Part shown: piece after piece, positions 19,159 to 28,807 of the stretch
Position numbering within the stretch: the stretch's first letter is position 1
Layout: each line of letters opens with the position of its first letter
Virus record (IMG/VR): IMGVR_UViG_3300024272_002111
Length of the DNA stretch: 64,000 bases
Direction: 5' to 3' (one strand)
Source of the DNA: an uncultured virus (IMG/VR IMGVR_UViG_3300024272_002111)
Lineage: Duplodnaviria > Heunggongvirae > Uroviricota > Caudoviricetes
Notes under the pieces: generated by a model
Databases searched by the model: none
What the model was told of the DNA's origin: nothing
The model's input: the letters and a program-made list of their open reading frames with translations, nothing else
Made by a program: the position numbers and the translations under genes

Positions 19159-20260
19159 TAATCTCCCTTACATAATTTACTACCGCCATAAAGTTCTCAT
19201 AATATGTACCGTCAAGGATAGTAACCTTATCCCAATCCCCAACATCAATTAAACTCTGTTTTAAGATTTCGAATAATTCCTTACGTTCTTCTAAGCCAGA
19301 ATGATTCATAAATCTTACACCATCATCTACAAATACACCATGTGGCACTACGCAGAAAATCTTATCCCAACGACTTTTCTTTGCATATTCATATGCCACA
19401 GGTTTAATTTTTGTTTCATAATCTTCAACTGTAAGTAAGCACGTAGGATCTTTTGCATAGTACTGTGCATACATATTTGTTACCAAAGAATCTGTATCTG
19501 CAAAGAATACACCATGATTCCCTGGGGAATTAATTTCCTGACGATTATGATTAAACTGTCCATCCAAGAATGCCAAGAAATCCGCTGCATCTAATTCCCA
19601 ATCTGCTACGCAGCTCTCTTTCATATAATCTCTTGCCCATTCATGGCTATGTGGCGCATTGAAATATTTACCAAGGTCAATTACCATAGTAGATTTACCT
19701 TCGGATGCGGTACCGGTAATTAAAATATTTGTACTGAAAACTCTTCTAAATGGAAAGGTTATCTTATCCCAATTCTTAATTGGATTCTGTCTAATCATTG
19801 TTGCACAGATTGGATTGTCTGCAACCCGGTCAACAAGAACTGCGTCTTCATTCCACATATTAACTAGGTCTGTATAGTAATTCTCATCTCCTACATACCA
19901 GGTTCTTTTATTTGGCCAACTCATATCAACTGCTGTTTCATAAATTCTTTCAAATTCTTTCATCCAGCCTGGCCATCCATCTGGATAATTACTGATACCA
20001 AGTTCAGAATCATTAATTGCATACACAGATACTAAATCATCATCTGCAAAGAATTCTCTTACATAACGATATCTCTTGGCATGTGGCATAAGAGGCTCCC
20101 CTTTATCACCCTCAAATCCACAAACAATAACTAATGCTCCGCCGGCATTTTCTTTTTTAGCTCTCATAATCAAATCAAGATGCCCCTGATGTAACGGAGC
20201 AAAGGAACCAAATACGACTCCAACCTTCCCTTTTAATGGTTTCTGATAAGCGTGTAACAT
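19139..20260 (-). CDS. nadR: NadR-type bifunctional NMN adenylyltransferase / ribosylnicotinamide kinase (no HTH)
   Basis: FGSFAPLHQGH (HxGH), ATMIR, GTASEGKST Walker A, EWAR, DTD, DDGVR. Confidence 0.9.
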   Translation of the reverse strand: MLHAYQKPLKGKVGVVFGSFAPLHQGHLDLIMRAKKENAGGALVIVCGFEGDKGEPLMPHAKRYRYVREFFADDDLVSVYAINDSELGISNYPDGWPGWMKEFERIYETAVDMSWPNKRTWYVGDENYYTDLVNMWNEDAVLVDRVADNPICATMIRQNPIKNWDKITFPFRRVFSTNILITGTASEGKSTMVIDLGKYFNAPHSHEWARDYMKESCVADWELDAADFLAFLDGQFNHNRQEINSPGNHGVFFADTDSLVTNMYAQYYAKDPTCLLTVEDYETKIKPVAYEYAKKSRWDKIFCVVPHGVFVDDGVRFMNHSGLEERKELFEILKQSLIDVGDWDKVTILDGTYYENFMAVVNYVREIIENGKN

Positions 20261-20281
20261 TATTTATACTCTCCTTATAAA

Positions 20282-22252
20282 CTAATTAATCATTTCTAAA
20301 TAATCCTGCTCGGATATAATCTTGCAGCCCACTTGCTTTGCCTTGGTGTTTTTGGAAGAACTACTGTTTACGTCATTATTTATGAGATAATTGGTCTTAG
20401 ATGTTACAGAACTCACATACTTTCCACCATGTTCCTCAATATCACTAATTAAAGCATCACGGTTCTTAAATCTTTCTAATGAACCGGTAATGCAGAAAGT
20501 GGCATTATTTAAACTCTTACCATTATTTTTATTATGCGTAGTTTCAACAATAAAATTAAATTCCTGCTTCAGTGCTAGGAATTCAATCCAATGTTTGTTC
20601 ATCCAACTAACTAATGATTCATACATTGCCTGACCAAAACCTTCAATCTTGGTAAACTGCTTTGCCTTACCGGTACTCATAATTTCACAGAACTTTTCAA
20701 TATCTCCGTTACAGAACTTTGCAATATCTTTACTTACTGTACGGCCAATAAGTGGAATGGATTGTGCGCAAATGAAACGCTCGGCCGTAGTTGTTCTAGA
20801 CTTTTCAATTGCTTCTCTTATTTTATCAACAGACTTTTTCCCAAAGCCCGGAGTTGCAACCCATTTCTGGTATACTTCTTTATAGAATGGAATCCTATAC
20901 AAATCCTTAATGGACTTCACTTCTAGCTCTTCAATCATATATTCAAGTGTTGCTTCCGAGAGTCCGTCGATATCCAGTGCATTCTTACTTACCGCATTAC
21001 ACAACTTACCAAGCAACTTACCCTGACAGTCTTCGTTGCTGCACATCAGAACTTTAGTATCATTGTCCTTTACAATCTTGGTTAATCCACCACAAATCGG
21101 ACATACATCTGGAAATGTAATTGTATTACTTCTTGTAAGATTATCTGCAATTTGTGGAATTATCATATTTGCCTTATATACAGTAATTGTATCTCCAATA
21201 CCTAATTCAAGTTCCTGACAAAGACTCCAGTTGTGCACGGAAGCTCTTTCTACAGTTGTGCCTTCAATTTCAACCGGATTGAAAATCGCTACCGGACAAA
21301 GACAACCTGTTTTACCCATGCTCCACTGGATTTCCTTTAAAGTAGTTTCATAAACATCATCCTTAAACTTAAATGCTATCTGGGATCTTACGTGATGCCC
21401 CGTCATTCCCAAAGACTCTCCATAGGCCACATCCGAGTATCCGAAAACGACTCCATCTATTGGATATCCCTTTCCTTCAGCAGCTCTTACCAAATCATTG
21501 ATAATATTCTGAATCTCATCTCTGGAAGAACCTTTTCCCACCTTGAGATAAGGAACCACTTCAAATCCAAGAGCGTTTAACTTGAATAGTCTTGTGCAGA
21601 AATCATTATCTTCCATTCCCTTAATAACTTTCCATGCGACAAACTTAAGACCTCTCTGCTTTGCAATCTTACTATCGAGCTGGCGAATTGAGCCGCTTGC
21701 TAAGTTACGTGGGTTCTTATATTTTTCATCTGCCGGTAAACATGCGTTAATTTTCTCAAAAGTTGGATAGTCAATAATCATTTCTCCGTCCACAATCAAG
21801 TCATCATAAGAAACTCTCAAAGGAATATTGGTAACTACCTTGGCATTATGCAGAATATCCTCACCAATTTCACCCGTCCCGCGTGTCTCTGCGCCAATCA
21901 AATCTCCATTATATTGGAGTGAGCAGGTTAGGCCATCCATCTTTAACATCGCTATTCCATCATGGTTTTTAAAGAAATTAACAATATCATCTACACTCTT
22001 TGTCTTATCAAGTGATAACATCGGATGATTATGTTTAATTTTATTCAGTTCAGACTTTACTTCATAACCAACAGTTTGCGTTGGACTATTACTCATGTAA
22101 ACACCGGTTTCTTTTTCCAACTCTACCAGTCTATCAAACAATCTGTCATATTCCTGATCGCTTACACTCGGATTAGATTTATTATAATACTCGTCCCGGT
22201 AAATATTTAACTGCTCCACTAACCGCTTCATTTCATTGATTTTTTCATTCAT
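20282..22252 (-). CDS. ligA: NAD-dependent DNA ligase
   Basis: KMDG adenylation motif, IDGVV, AFKF, zinc finger, HhH, BRCT (FCITGSL); start re-assigned to 22252 on RBS. Confidence 0.95.
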   Translation of the reverse strand: MNEKINEMKRLVEQLNIYRDEYYNKSNPSVSDQEYDRLFDRLVELEKETGVYMSNSPTQTVGYEVKSELNKIKHNHPMLSLDKTKSVDDIVNFFKNHDGIAMLKMDGLTCSLQYNGDLIGAETRGTGEIGEDILHNAKVVTNIPLRVSYDDLIVDGEMIIDYPTFEKINACLPADEKYKNPRNLASGSIRQLDSKIAKQRGLKFVAWKVIKGMEDNDFCTRLFKLNALGFEVVPYLKVGKGSSRDEIQNIINDLVRAAEGKGYPIDGVVFGYSDVAYGESLGMTGHHVRSQIAFKFKDDVYETTLKEIQWSMGKTGCLCPVAIFNPVEIEGTTVERASVHNWSLCQELELGIGDTITVYKANMIIPQIADNLTRSNTITFPDVCPICGGLTKIVKDNDTKVLMCSNEDCQGKLLGKLCNAVSKNALDIDGLSEATLEYMIEELEVKSIKDLYRIPFYKEVYQKWVATPGFGKKSVDKIREAIEKSRTTTAERFICAQSIPLIGRTVSKDIAKFCNGDIEKFCEIMSTGKAKQFTKIEGFGQAMYESLVSWMNKHWIEFLALKQEFNFIVETTHNKNNGKSLNNATFCITGSLERFKNRDALISDIEEHGGKYVSSVTSKTNYLINNDVNSSSSKNTKAKQVGCKIISEQDYLEMIN

Positions 22253-22393
22253 AATCTTTTCCCTTTCTTGCAATTTTTCAGCTATGCAAAAGTTTTTTTC
22301 ACATAGCTGAAAAGTTTTTTCACTCATTGAAAATTTGTATGTAGTTTGTTTCGTTATCTTTTTCAGATACTTCCATTTTAATTATATCTAGTT

Positions 22394-22690
22394 TTAAAGC
22401 TTTGTAATATAAATGTTTTCGTTCTTTAGATGAATCTGATATTCGTTCTCAATTTCATCGTAAAAAATCTCAATTCCGTCAATTTCCCGGATGTTTAAGA
22501 TACAACCCTCTCCCTCAATATAAATTTTTTCATCAAAATTGTACTCATACGGTATAAAAGAATAAACTGATACACTACTGTTATTCTCTTGACATACACT
22601 AATCTGATTTTCTCCCTCTACCGCATTCATAATCATGTTAATAAACTGCTGCATTTCTTCTATACCTCCATTATTATTATTCATACTCAT
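22394..22690 (-). CDS. Hypothetical protein
   Basis: Internal GGAGG RBS suggests later start (MQQF); sigmaA promoter TTGACA-17-TACAAT at 22689-22717. Confidence 0.55.
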   Translation of the reverse strand: MSMNNNNGGIEEMQQFINMIMNAVEGENQISVCQENNSSVSVYSFIPYEYNFDEKIYIEGEGCILNIREIDGIEIFYDEIENEYQIHLKNENIYITKL

Positions 22691-22813
22691 TGTAAAATAT
22701 TATTCCCTTTTTGTCAACTATTTTATTTAATTTCATCTAGTTACTGCTATTTTTCACCAAACTGACATACATTTTTCACTACTTGAAAATTAATTGAGAA
22801 AAATACCTAGCTA

Positions 22814-23758
22814 TTATGCCAGGTATTTTTCATATTTTTCATAGAACGCACCTTTACTTGGAATCCTACATCCAAATTGCTGCGTAATCTCTTTTGTATG
22901 TTCGAAAATAAATTCTTTGCAACTTATACCAAGTTCTTCACTCCTCTTCTTAATAAAAGCAATTCTTCCACTTTCATAAAAAGCATTTCCTTTTATATAA
23001 TCAGAAATTCCAATAGCTGACGCACATCGTACAATTCGATTATATAATCTCCGGCCTGCACGATATTCATCATCACTACGAAGTGTATTTGGATAATTCT
23101 TTATTATTAAATCTTCTTTTTGTAAATTTATCGGAGGTTTTGTGTCTCCATAAGGATAATAAAATAATTCTTCATCAGACTGTATAGCAAGGTTATATAA
23201 CTCTTCACTTACTTGAATTGTTCTGCCAGTACATAAAGTAACTTTGCCATCATGAAAATCTGAGAGTTTTAAATTTGTCAATTCCTTATATTGTTCTCCT
23301 TTAATTCCCTCAAATAAAGCCAAAAACATAAATCCGTCACTTGGATTATTAAGCTGTCTAGCCCAAGCAAGCACTTGTTCTCTGGTAACAATTTTCTTAT
23401 CGTTCACTATATTGTTTATACAAGACATAAAAATGTCTTTATTAATTTCTATAAAATGATTCTGTGCATCTGCTACTAAATTCTGTTCCAAACACCATTG
23501 AGTGTATAATGATAAATGACTATTACTAACCTGTAATACTTCATAGGAAGATTCATTCCATGTTTTATACATATTCACGATTTCATAATACGTAAAACTA
23601 CTTACATCTTTCCCTAATTCAGTTTCAAACTTTTCTGTTTTACTAAACAGTCGTTCTAAATAACCATTTGCCATAATTGTAGAGTCTATTTTAAATTCTA
23701 TATATCTCGATTTTATATCATTATTATACATTTCAGCCATATTATTGTACCTCCTCAA
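22814..23758 (-). CDS. MrpR/YopR-like repressor with inactive tyrosine-recombinase fold
   Basis: MYNNDIKSRY..LFSKTEKFE..LGKD N-terminus; ALFEGIK and FYESGRI in place of catalytic TGxR / HxxR. Confidence 0.7.
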   Translation of the reverse strand: MRRYNNMAEMYNNDIKSRYIEFKIDSTIMANGYLERLFSKTEKFETELGKDVSSFTYYEIVNMYKTWNESSYEVLQVSNSHLSLYTQWCLEQNLVADAQNHFIEINKDIFMSCINNIVNDKKIVTREQVLAWARQLNNPSDGFMFLALFEGIKGEQYKELTNLKLSDFHDGKVTLCTGRTIQVSEELYNLAIQSDEELFYYPYGDTKPPINLQKEDLIIKNYPNTLRSDDEYRAGRRLYNRIVRCASAIGISDYIKGNAFYESGRIAFIKKRSEELGISCKEFIFEHTKEITQQFGCRIPSKGAFYEKYEKYLA

Positions 23759-25022
23759 ACAATTTATCTAAATCGTTAGTTAATGTTTTACCAAGTTTCT
23801 TAGCTGGCTGTAACTTTGCTTTATTAATTCTATCAATTCTAGTAGTTATACCGGATATATATTTCTCAAATTTATTTGCATCATCAATACGAGAAAATAC
23901 ATATAATGTAATCAACATATCTACATAAGAATACTTTTTCATTCCATAATCAATATTTGACATAATTAAAGAGTTAAACTTATTTTTAACTTTCTGCATT
24001 ACTTCAAAGTACAATTGATTTTCATTTGTTCCTTCGGAGCCTTGACAGAAGAAATAATCTAACACCTTAATAAATTCTGATCTAGATAACTTACCGCCGG
24101 TATTATTGATTTCTCCAAAAAGTCTAAAAGATGTATCCTTATTTAAATCTTGGGCAACTCTATTTGCTACACCATAAGAATACATCGCCTTTTCATCAAT
24201 TTTCTTCATTTCTGTCTTCTGGGATTCTTGATAAACAAAGTATTTCGCTTTGTCCTCAGAGAATTTTACAATTCGTAACTCCCATGGATAGTTTACATCT
24301 GGATTCATATCTTTTTCACGACACATAGACACGTATCTGTGATAACCATCAGAAATATCAAAATACTTTAACGAACCTATTACAAGTGCGCGTTGTTCTT
24401 TGTCATAATAAAAATCAAATTCTTCCGGAGGAATATTTAATGTAATAGCTGTAGGAATATACTCTTCTTTCTGTAAGCTTTTTCTAATTCCCGTAATTGT
24501 CTTTTCATTTTGAGTAATTTTCCATTGTTCACCATTTCGTGTCATTACTCGTGTTAACGCTCTCTGAGCATTGATATTGTAATTTATCATCTGCGCTCTT
24601 CTTAAGTCCATAAAGAAATTTGTATCCGTAGCACCAATCCATTGATCATCAGCTACCTGAATACATGGGATAACAAGAGGAAATTTTATTTCATCCTTTG
24701 GAAGCTTCATCTTTGAAAAATTTTCAATTTCAATTTCAGTAAAGAAACTCTCCAAGACATTCTTATCATTAGTAATTTGTATAATTCCGTCTAGTAAACA
24801 AAATAAAACATATTCGGTCTGCTCTGCAAGTTTAGCTCTAGCAATCATATCTGTTGCTGTGCCAGTCGGAATTTCGTACTTCTCATACATGTAATCAACA
24901 ACTTCGCTTGTTTTCTTTGCATTTAATGCAATCTTTTCACATTCATGTAACAAATACTTTTCTAATACTTCTCTATCTTTCTTCATAACGCAGAACCTCC
25001 TTCTCTTGTTTAATATTACCAT
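23742..25022 (-). CDS. DGQHR/DndB/ParB-like domain protein (YopQ-like)
   Basis: YNINAQR, PTAITLN, FDISDGYHR motifs; likely start MKKDRE. Confidence 0.7.
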   Translation of the reverse strand: MVILNKRRRFCVMKKDREVLEKYLLHECEKIALNAKKTSEVVDYMYEKYEIPTGTATDMIARAKLAEQTEYVLFCLLDGIIQITNDKNVLESFFTEIEIENFSKMKLPKDEIKFPLVIPCIQVADDQWIGATDTNFFMDLRRAQMINYNINAQRALTRVMTRNGEQWKITQNEKTITGIRKSLQKEEYIPTAITLNIPPEEFDFYYDKEQRALVIGSLKYFDISDGYHRYVSMCREKDMNPDVNYPWELRIVKFSEDKAKYFVYQESQKTEMKKIDEKAMYSYGVANRVAQDLNKDTSFRLFGEINNTGGKLSRSEFIKVLDYFFCQGSEGTNENQLYFEVMQKVKNKFNSLIMSNIDYGMKKYSYVDMLITLYVFSRIDDANKFEKYISGITTRIDRINKAKLQPAKKLGKTLTNDLDKLFEEVQ

Positions 25023-25064
25023 ATACTTTTAATTTTGTCTAGTGTTAGTTTAAACAAAAATATA

Positions 25065-26078
25065 TTATGATTTTCTTATTGTAATTTTTGACATAATATT
25101 TGCCGCCTTTTGGCTGTTAACATCTTCTTGGCCTCGAATATAATTCTCAGTTACTTTTGGGCTACTATGTCCCATCATTTTTTGTACAAAATATACATCT
25201 TTTGTACTATCATATAACGCTGTTCCATAACTAGCTCTAAGTTTATGAGGAGTAATGTTCTTACCCTTAATGCCTTCTGCATATTTTTTTACAACTTTAG
25301 CAACGGCACCGGAACACATTCTTTCTCTTCGATTAGCTATAAATAATGCGCTTTCTTGTTTTCCTTTTAAAAGGATATCTCTTTTTTCAAGCCATTCATA
25401 AATATAAACCATTAATTCATCAGACAAATCGAAGGTTTTAATGTGGTCGCCTTTATCAATTACTAATAATTTTTGATTTTTAAAATCAATATTTTCTAAA
25501 TCTAATTTGCATAACGCAGTACATCTAATTCCAGTATTAAGAAACAATAAAACAATAAGCAAATCTCGCTCTTTCCATTCCTTTTGTCTGTTTTTAGATC
25601 TTTCTGACCCGCTTCCCTTTTCAACCGCAGCAATGTACTTTTTAATTTCTTTAGTGTCCATCCAGCCTTTGTTTCTCTTTTCAATAGTTTCAGTACTTTC
25701 TTTAAACTGTGGTCGTTGTACATGTGCCATTGGGTTCGATTTATTTTTTTCACTAGCATACAAATATTCAGAGAATTTTTTCAATGCAGAATACATGGCA
25801 ATCTGATAAGAGACAACGTTGTTTTCGTAATTATTCAGGAAGGAAGTATAATCATCAAGATTGACATCGGAAACATCTTTTTTATTCCAATCCATGAACT
25901 TAACAACAAAACGGATGTAATCGTATTTCGTATTTAAGGATGTACGAGTACCCATAAAATTCTTAAAACCAATCAAATATGGCTTATCAGTGTTTTTGTT
26001 TATTAGATTATTAATTTTCTCATTCTTTTTTCTTTCAACAATTTCATTCCCGTTCATCTTACTTTCCCTCCTTGTCAA
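25065..26078 (-). CDS. Tyrosine recombinase/integrase (XerC/D-like)
   Basis: NTGIR, DKG, TPHKLRAS, MGHSS, TENY: R-K-H-R-H-Y all present. Confidence 0.92.
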   Translation of the reverse strand: MTRRESKMNGNEIVERKKNEKINNLINKNTDKPYLIGFKNFMGTRTSLNTKYDYIRFVVKFMDWNKKDVSDVNLDDYTSFLNNYENNVVSYQIAMYSALKKFSEYLYASEKNKSNPMAHVQRPQFKESTETIEKRNKGWMDTKEIKKYIAAVEKGSGSERSKNRQKEWKERDLLIVLLFLNTGIRCTALCKLDLENIDFKNQKLLVIDKGDHIKTFDLSDELMVYIYEWLEKRDILLKGKQESALFIANRRERMCSGAVAKVVKKYAEGIKGKNITPHKLRASYGTALYDSTKDVYFVQKMMGHSSPKVTENYIRGQEDVNSQKAANIMSKITIRKS

Positions 26079-26084
26079 TTAATA

Positions 26085-26318
26085 TTAAACAATTTCGTTT
26101 AATAATTCAAGTATATCATCTGTTTTTTCAATAACATCTTCCATATTATTAATTGCACTTTCAGAATTATAAGCCCTTTCAGAATTCTGTAAGTTCTCAG
26201 GGATACAATCAAAATATGTCTGCTCATCATCTAAGATTTGTTGTAATTGGTCTCTTATTTTGTCAAATTTAGATATAACTTCTTCTATTTGTTTTCTTCT
26301 TTCTTTATTCATCAACAT
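26085..26318 (-). CDS. Small conserved phage protein
   Basis: MNKERRKQI..PENLQNSER. Confidence 0.65.
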   Translation of the reverse strand: MLMNKERRKQIEEVISKFDKIRDQLQQILDDEQTYFDCIPENLQNSERAYNSESAINNMEDVIEKTDDILELLNEIV

Positions 26319-27019
26319 CTTCCACCTTTTACAAATATTGCGCCAATATTCTTTGCATACTGGAACAATTCATCTTTTGTCATTCCACTATTCCCTTCAT
26401 TGGCAAGATAATCACAACGCCAACGATTATATTTATCATCAGCTTCTAAATACTTTAAATTCTTTCTTGCATCTATACCGCATTCATATAGCCGAAATTT
26501 ATATTTCGCATCTACATATACACTTCTATTATGTCTAATATCATTGCGAGGTACACTATAGTCTATAACGTTTTTATCAACTTCAAGCAGCAAATTATCA
26601 CTTACTCTTCTTTGAAAGTATTCCCATGGAAGAATACCAATTGTCGGATCTTTTCTTTTTTCTTTTGAAGAATAAGCATACCTGCCTTCTTTAATGGCTT
26701 TTTCCTTTTCCTTTTTATTATCTTCAGCCCAACTTAGCTCTTCCTGTTGTCGCTTCAATCGTTCTTCTTGACTATAGTTCCGGAGAATTTCGTTTGTCTT
26801 CATGTCTAAATCAACTTTATCTCCAGTTCGATAGTCTGTTACATGTTCTAAAATTCTATGATTGTTATCAATGCGACGTTGTTTTCCATGCCAATCTAAA
26901 TAATATTTTTGATTTGCGTTCTTTGCATTTTGTTTACTTCTATTGTCTTCTATACCATTCTTACATGAATGAACAAATGCCCCGATCAAAAAAATAATAA
27001 TCACAAATAGTCCCCACAT
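26312..27019 (-). CDS. Membrane-anchored hypothetical protein
   Basis: N-terminal hydrophobic helix; AAGGAGG RBS. Confidence 0.65.
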   Translation of the reverse strand: MWGLFVIIIFLIGAFVHSCKNGIEDNRSKQNAKNANQKYYLDWHGKQRRIDNNHRILEHVTDYRTGDKVDLDMKTNEILRNYSQEERLKRQQEELSWAEDNKKEKEKAIKEGRYAYSSKEKRKDPTIGILPWEYFQRRVSDNLLLEVDKNVIDYSVPRNDIRHNRSVYVDAKYKFRLYECGIDARKNLKYLEADDKYNRWRCDYLANEGNSGMTKDELFQYAKNIGAIFVKGGRC

Positions 27020-27081
27020 TTATTAAATTATCCTCCTTATAAACAAAATTATCTTGCATCAAAGTAGCAACACTCCTTTCA

Positions 27082-27114
27082 TTTAATTATATCTAGTTTA
27101 CCAACAAATGTCAA
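27082..27114 (-). promoter_or_regulatory. Consensus sigmaA promoter with -10 box inside motif B
   Basis: TTGACA (27109-27114), 17 bp, TATAAT (27086-27091). Confidence 0.8.
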
Positions 27115-27122
27115 CTATAATT

Positions 27123-27842
27123 TTAATGTGCAGGGAAAATAACAGATTCATGTTCCTTCAGCTTAAAACAGCCTTCCTCGTTATAATGACAATGAGCACA
27201 ATTACCCTTGCAGTAATAGCTACCATAATCAGGTGCCGTAGTAAAACCGTCTGTATACAACACATGACTTGTAGGAAGATTATGTCTATTTTCCATCGGT
27301 GTATTTTTCCAAGCACTCATAATACAATGAACATTAGGTTCAAACTTATTTGTATCTAAGAAATCATTAACTGCTTCATAAGTTTTAGTAAAAAATAAGA
27401 TATCACATTTCGGATTTTCCCTTGCCACCTTGTTAATGAAAGGTAAATCTTCTGCTGTGATATCTCCACCAACGTTCAATCTTAATGCTTGAACACAATG
27501 ATATTTAATTCCACAATTTACTTCTTCCCAAAATCTACTAATATCCAACCGATGAACCGCAGAGTTTCTTGCACGATCATTCTGTACTGCTGGCTGGAAA
27601 CATACATTGATTACATCATAACATTCTTTTTTGCATTCTTTGCAATTATGGCCACAATCTGCGATAGGAATTAAACTTACTGTATAAACATTTTTTCCGG
27701 TTTTAGAATTACCTTGCTGTAATTTAACATGTACATTTTCAATATCTTTTTCATACTCTTTACGTAATTCAACCATCTTCTGTACTCTACCCATAATTGT
27801 TTCTGTGCTAACATTCTTAATTTTCTTAGGTTCTAATCCCAT
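27123..27842 (-). CDS. GP88-like phage protein (Cys-rich)
   Basis: GNSKTG, C..C...CY, RLNVGGD, FTK, C...C..C motifs. Confidence 0.65.
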   Translation of the reverse strand: MGLEPKKIKNVSTETIMGRVQKMVELRKEYEKDIENVHVKLQQGNSKTGKNVYTVSLIPIADCGHNCKECKKECYDVINVCFQPAVQNDRARNSAVHRLDISRFWEEVNCGIKYHCVQALRLNVGGDITAEDLPFINKVARENPKCDILFFTKTYEAVNDFLDTNKFEPNVHCIMSAWKNTPMENRHNLPTSHVLYTDGFTTAPDYGSYYCKGNCAHCHYNEEGCFKLKEHESVIFPAH

Positions 27843-27871
27843 TTTCCTCTACCTCTTTTCTTAAATTTGCG

Positions 27872-27908
27872 CATAAAAAAGAGACATCAGATTTCTCTAA
27901 TGTCTCTC
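27872..27908 (-). terminator. Intrinsic terminator at the end of the small-gene array
   Basis: AGAGACATTAGA..TCTGATGTCTCT followed by T-tract on minus strand. Confidence 0.7.
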
Positions 27909-28003
27909 GGTGATCAAAGAATACTTTTATTCACATACGATAAACTTGTTTGTAAACCAGTTTACAAACAACTTCCTGTTGAATCAAATTTCACTTTTAT
28001 TGG

Positions 28004-28762
28004 CTACGCTGCATTATAATTTTTATCATTTCTAATATCAACTTTATACTTGTATAATGCATTATACACTTGCTCAGGAATTATTTCCTTATATTCATCT
28101 GCAACTTGCTTTATGTACTCTTCTTTTGCTTGGGCATATACTTCATAAGCATCCATAACTGTATCATAAACACCAAGCTCCCTTGTGTTGTATTTTGCCA
28201 AATAGCCATTCCCTTGCTGAACAATACCATTTGGTAATCCTCTGTTGTTTGATTTGTTCATGAAAATCATACTAATTCTTTGTGGTATTACTAAGCACCT
28301 ATTAGGAGCATATACTTTGTTACCAGGATACAGAATGTCTTTATCTACATGAAGTCTCTCATTAACATCATATTTATGAGCTTCATACCAATCTGCAAAA
28401 GTGTGAAAACATTGCCATTCACTACATACGGTTGAAGTTCCATAGTATGCTGGATATTTTTCTTTTTCCTTTTCGCCATAGCAACGAGCAATAATTTCAT
28501 GCCATATATTATATGTCCTTGATGTTTTATCATCTACTTTTGTTGGATGATCTCCAAGACCAATATAACCAACACCATGTACAATCCTATCATAAGGATT
28601 TTTTACTACGCCTCTTTTAAAGTTTTGATATGTTTGATGCTCTTTGATGTAATGGAATTCGTCTAAAAATTCAACATCAATATCTGCACTATTTTCATAT
28701 CTAATAATTCTCATTGGCGTTCCTCTTGTGTTTCTATTTATTTCATATAATCTTTCGTTCAA
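28004..28762 (-). CDS. HNH-like/AP2-type phage endonuclease-like protein, paralog 1
   Basis: W..I..RCY, VCSEW..F..F..W, HVDKDIL..GNKVYAP..CL. Confidence 0.65.
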   Translation of the reverse strand: MNERLYEINRNTRGTPMRIIRYENSADIDVEFLDEFHYIKEHQTYQNFKRGVVKNPYDRIVHGVGYIGLGDHPTKVDDKTSRTYNIWHEIIARCYGEKEKEKYPAYYGTSTVCSEWQCFHTFADWYEAHKYDVNERLHVDKDILYPGNKVYAPNRCLVIPQRISMIFMNKSNNRGLPNGIVQQGNGYLAKYNTRELGVYDTVMDAYEVYAQAKEEYIKQVADEYKEIIPEQVYNALYKYKVDIRNDKNYNAA

Positions 28763-28807
28763 TACTTACTCCTTTCATAAAAGTCAATAACACTAGAATT
28801 TGGTAGA

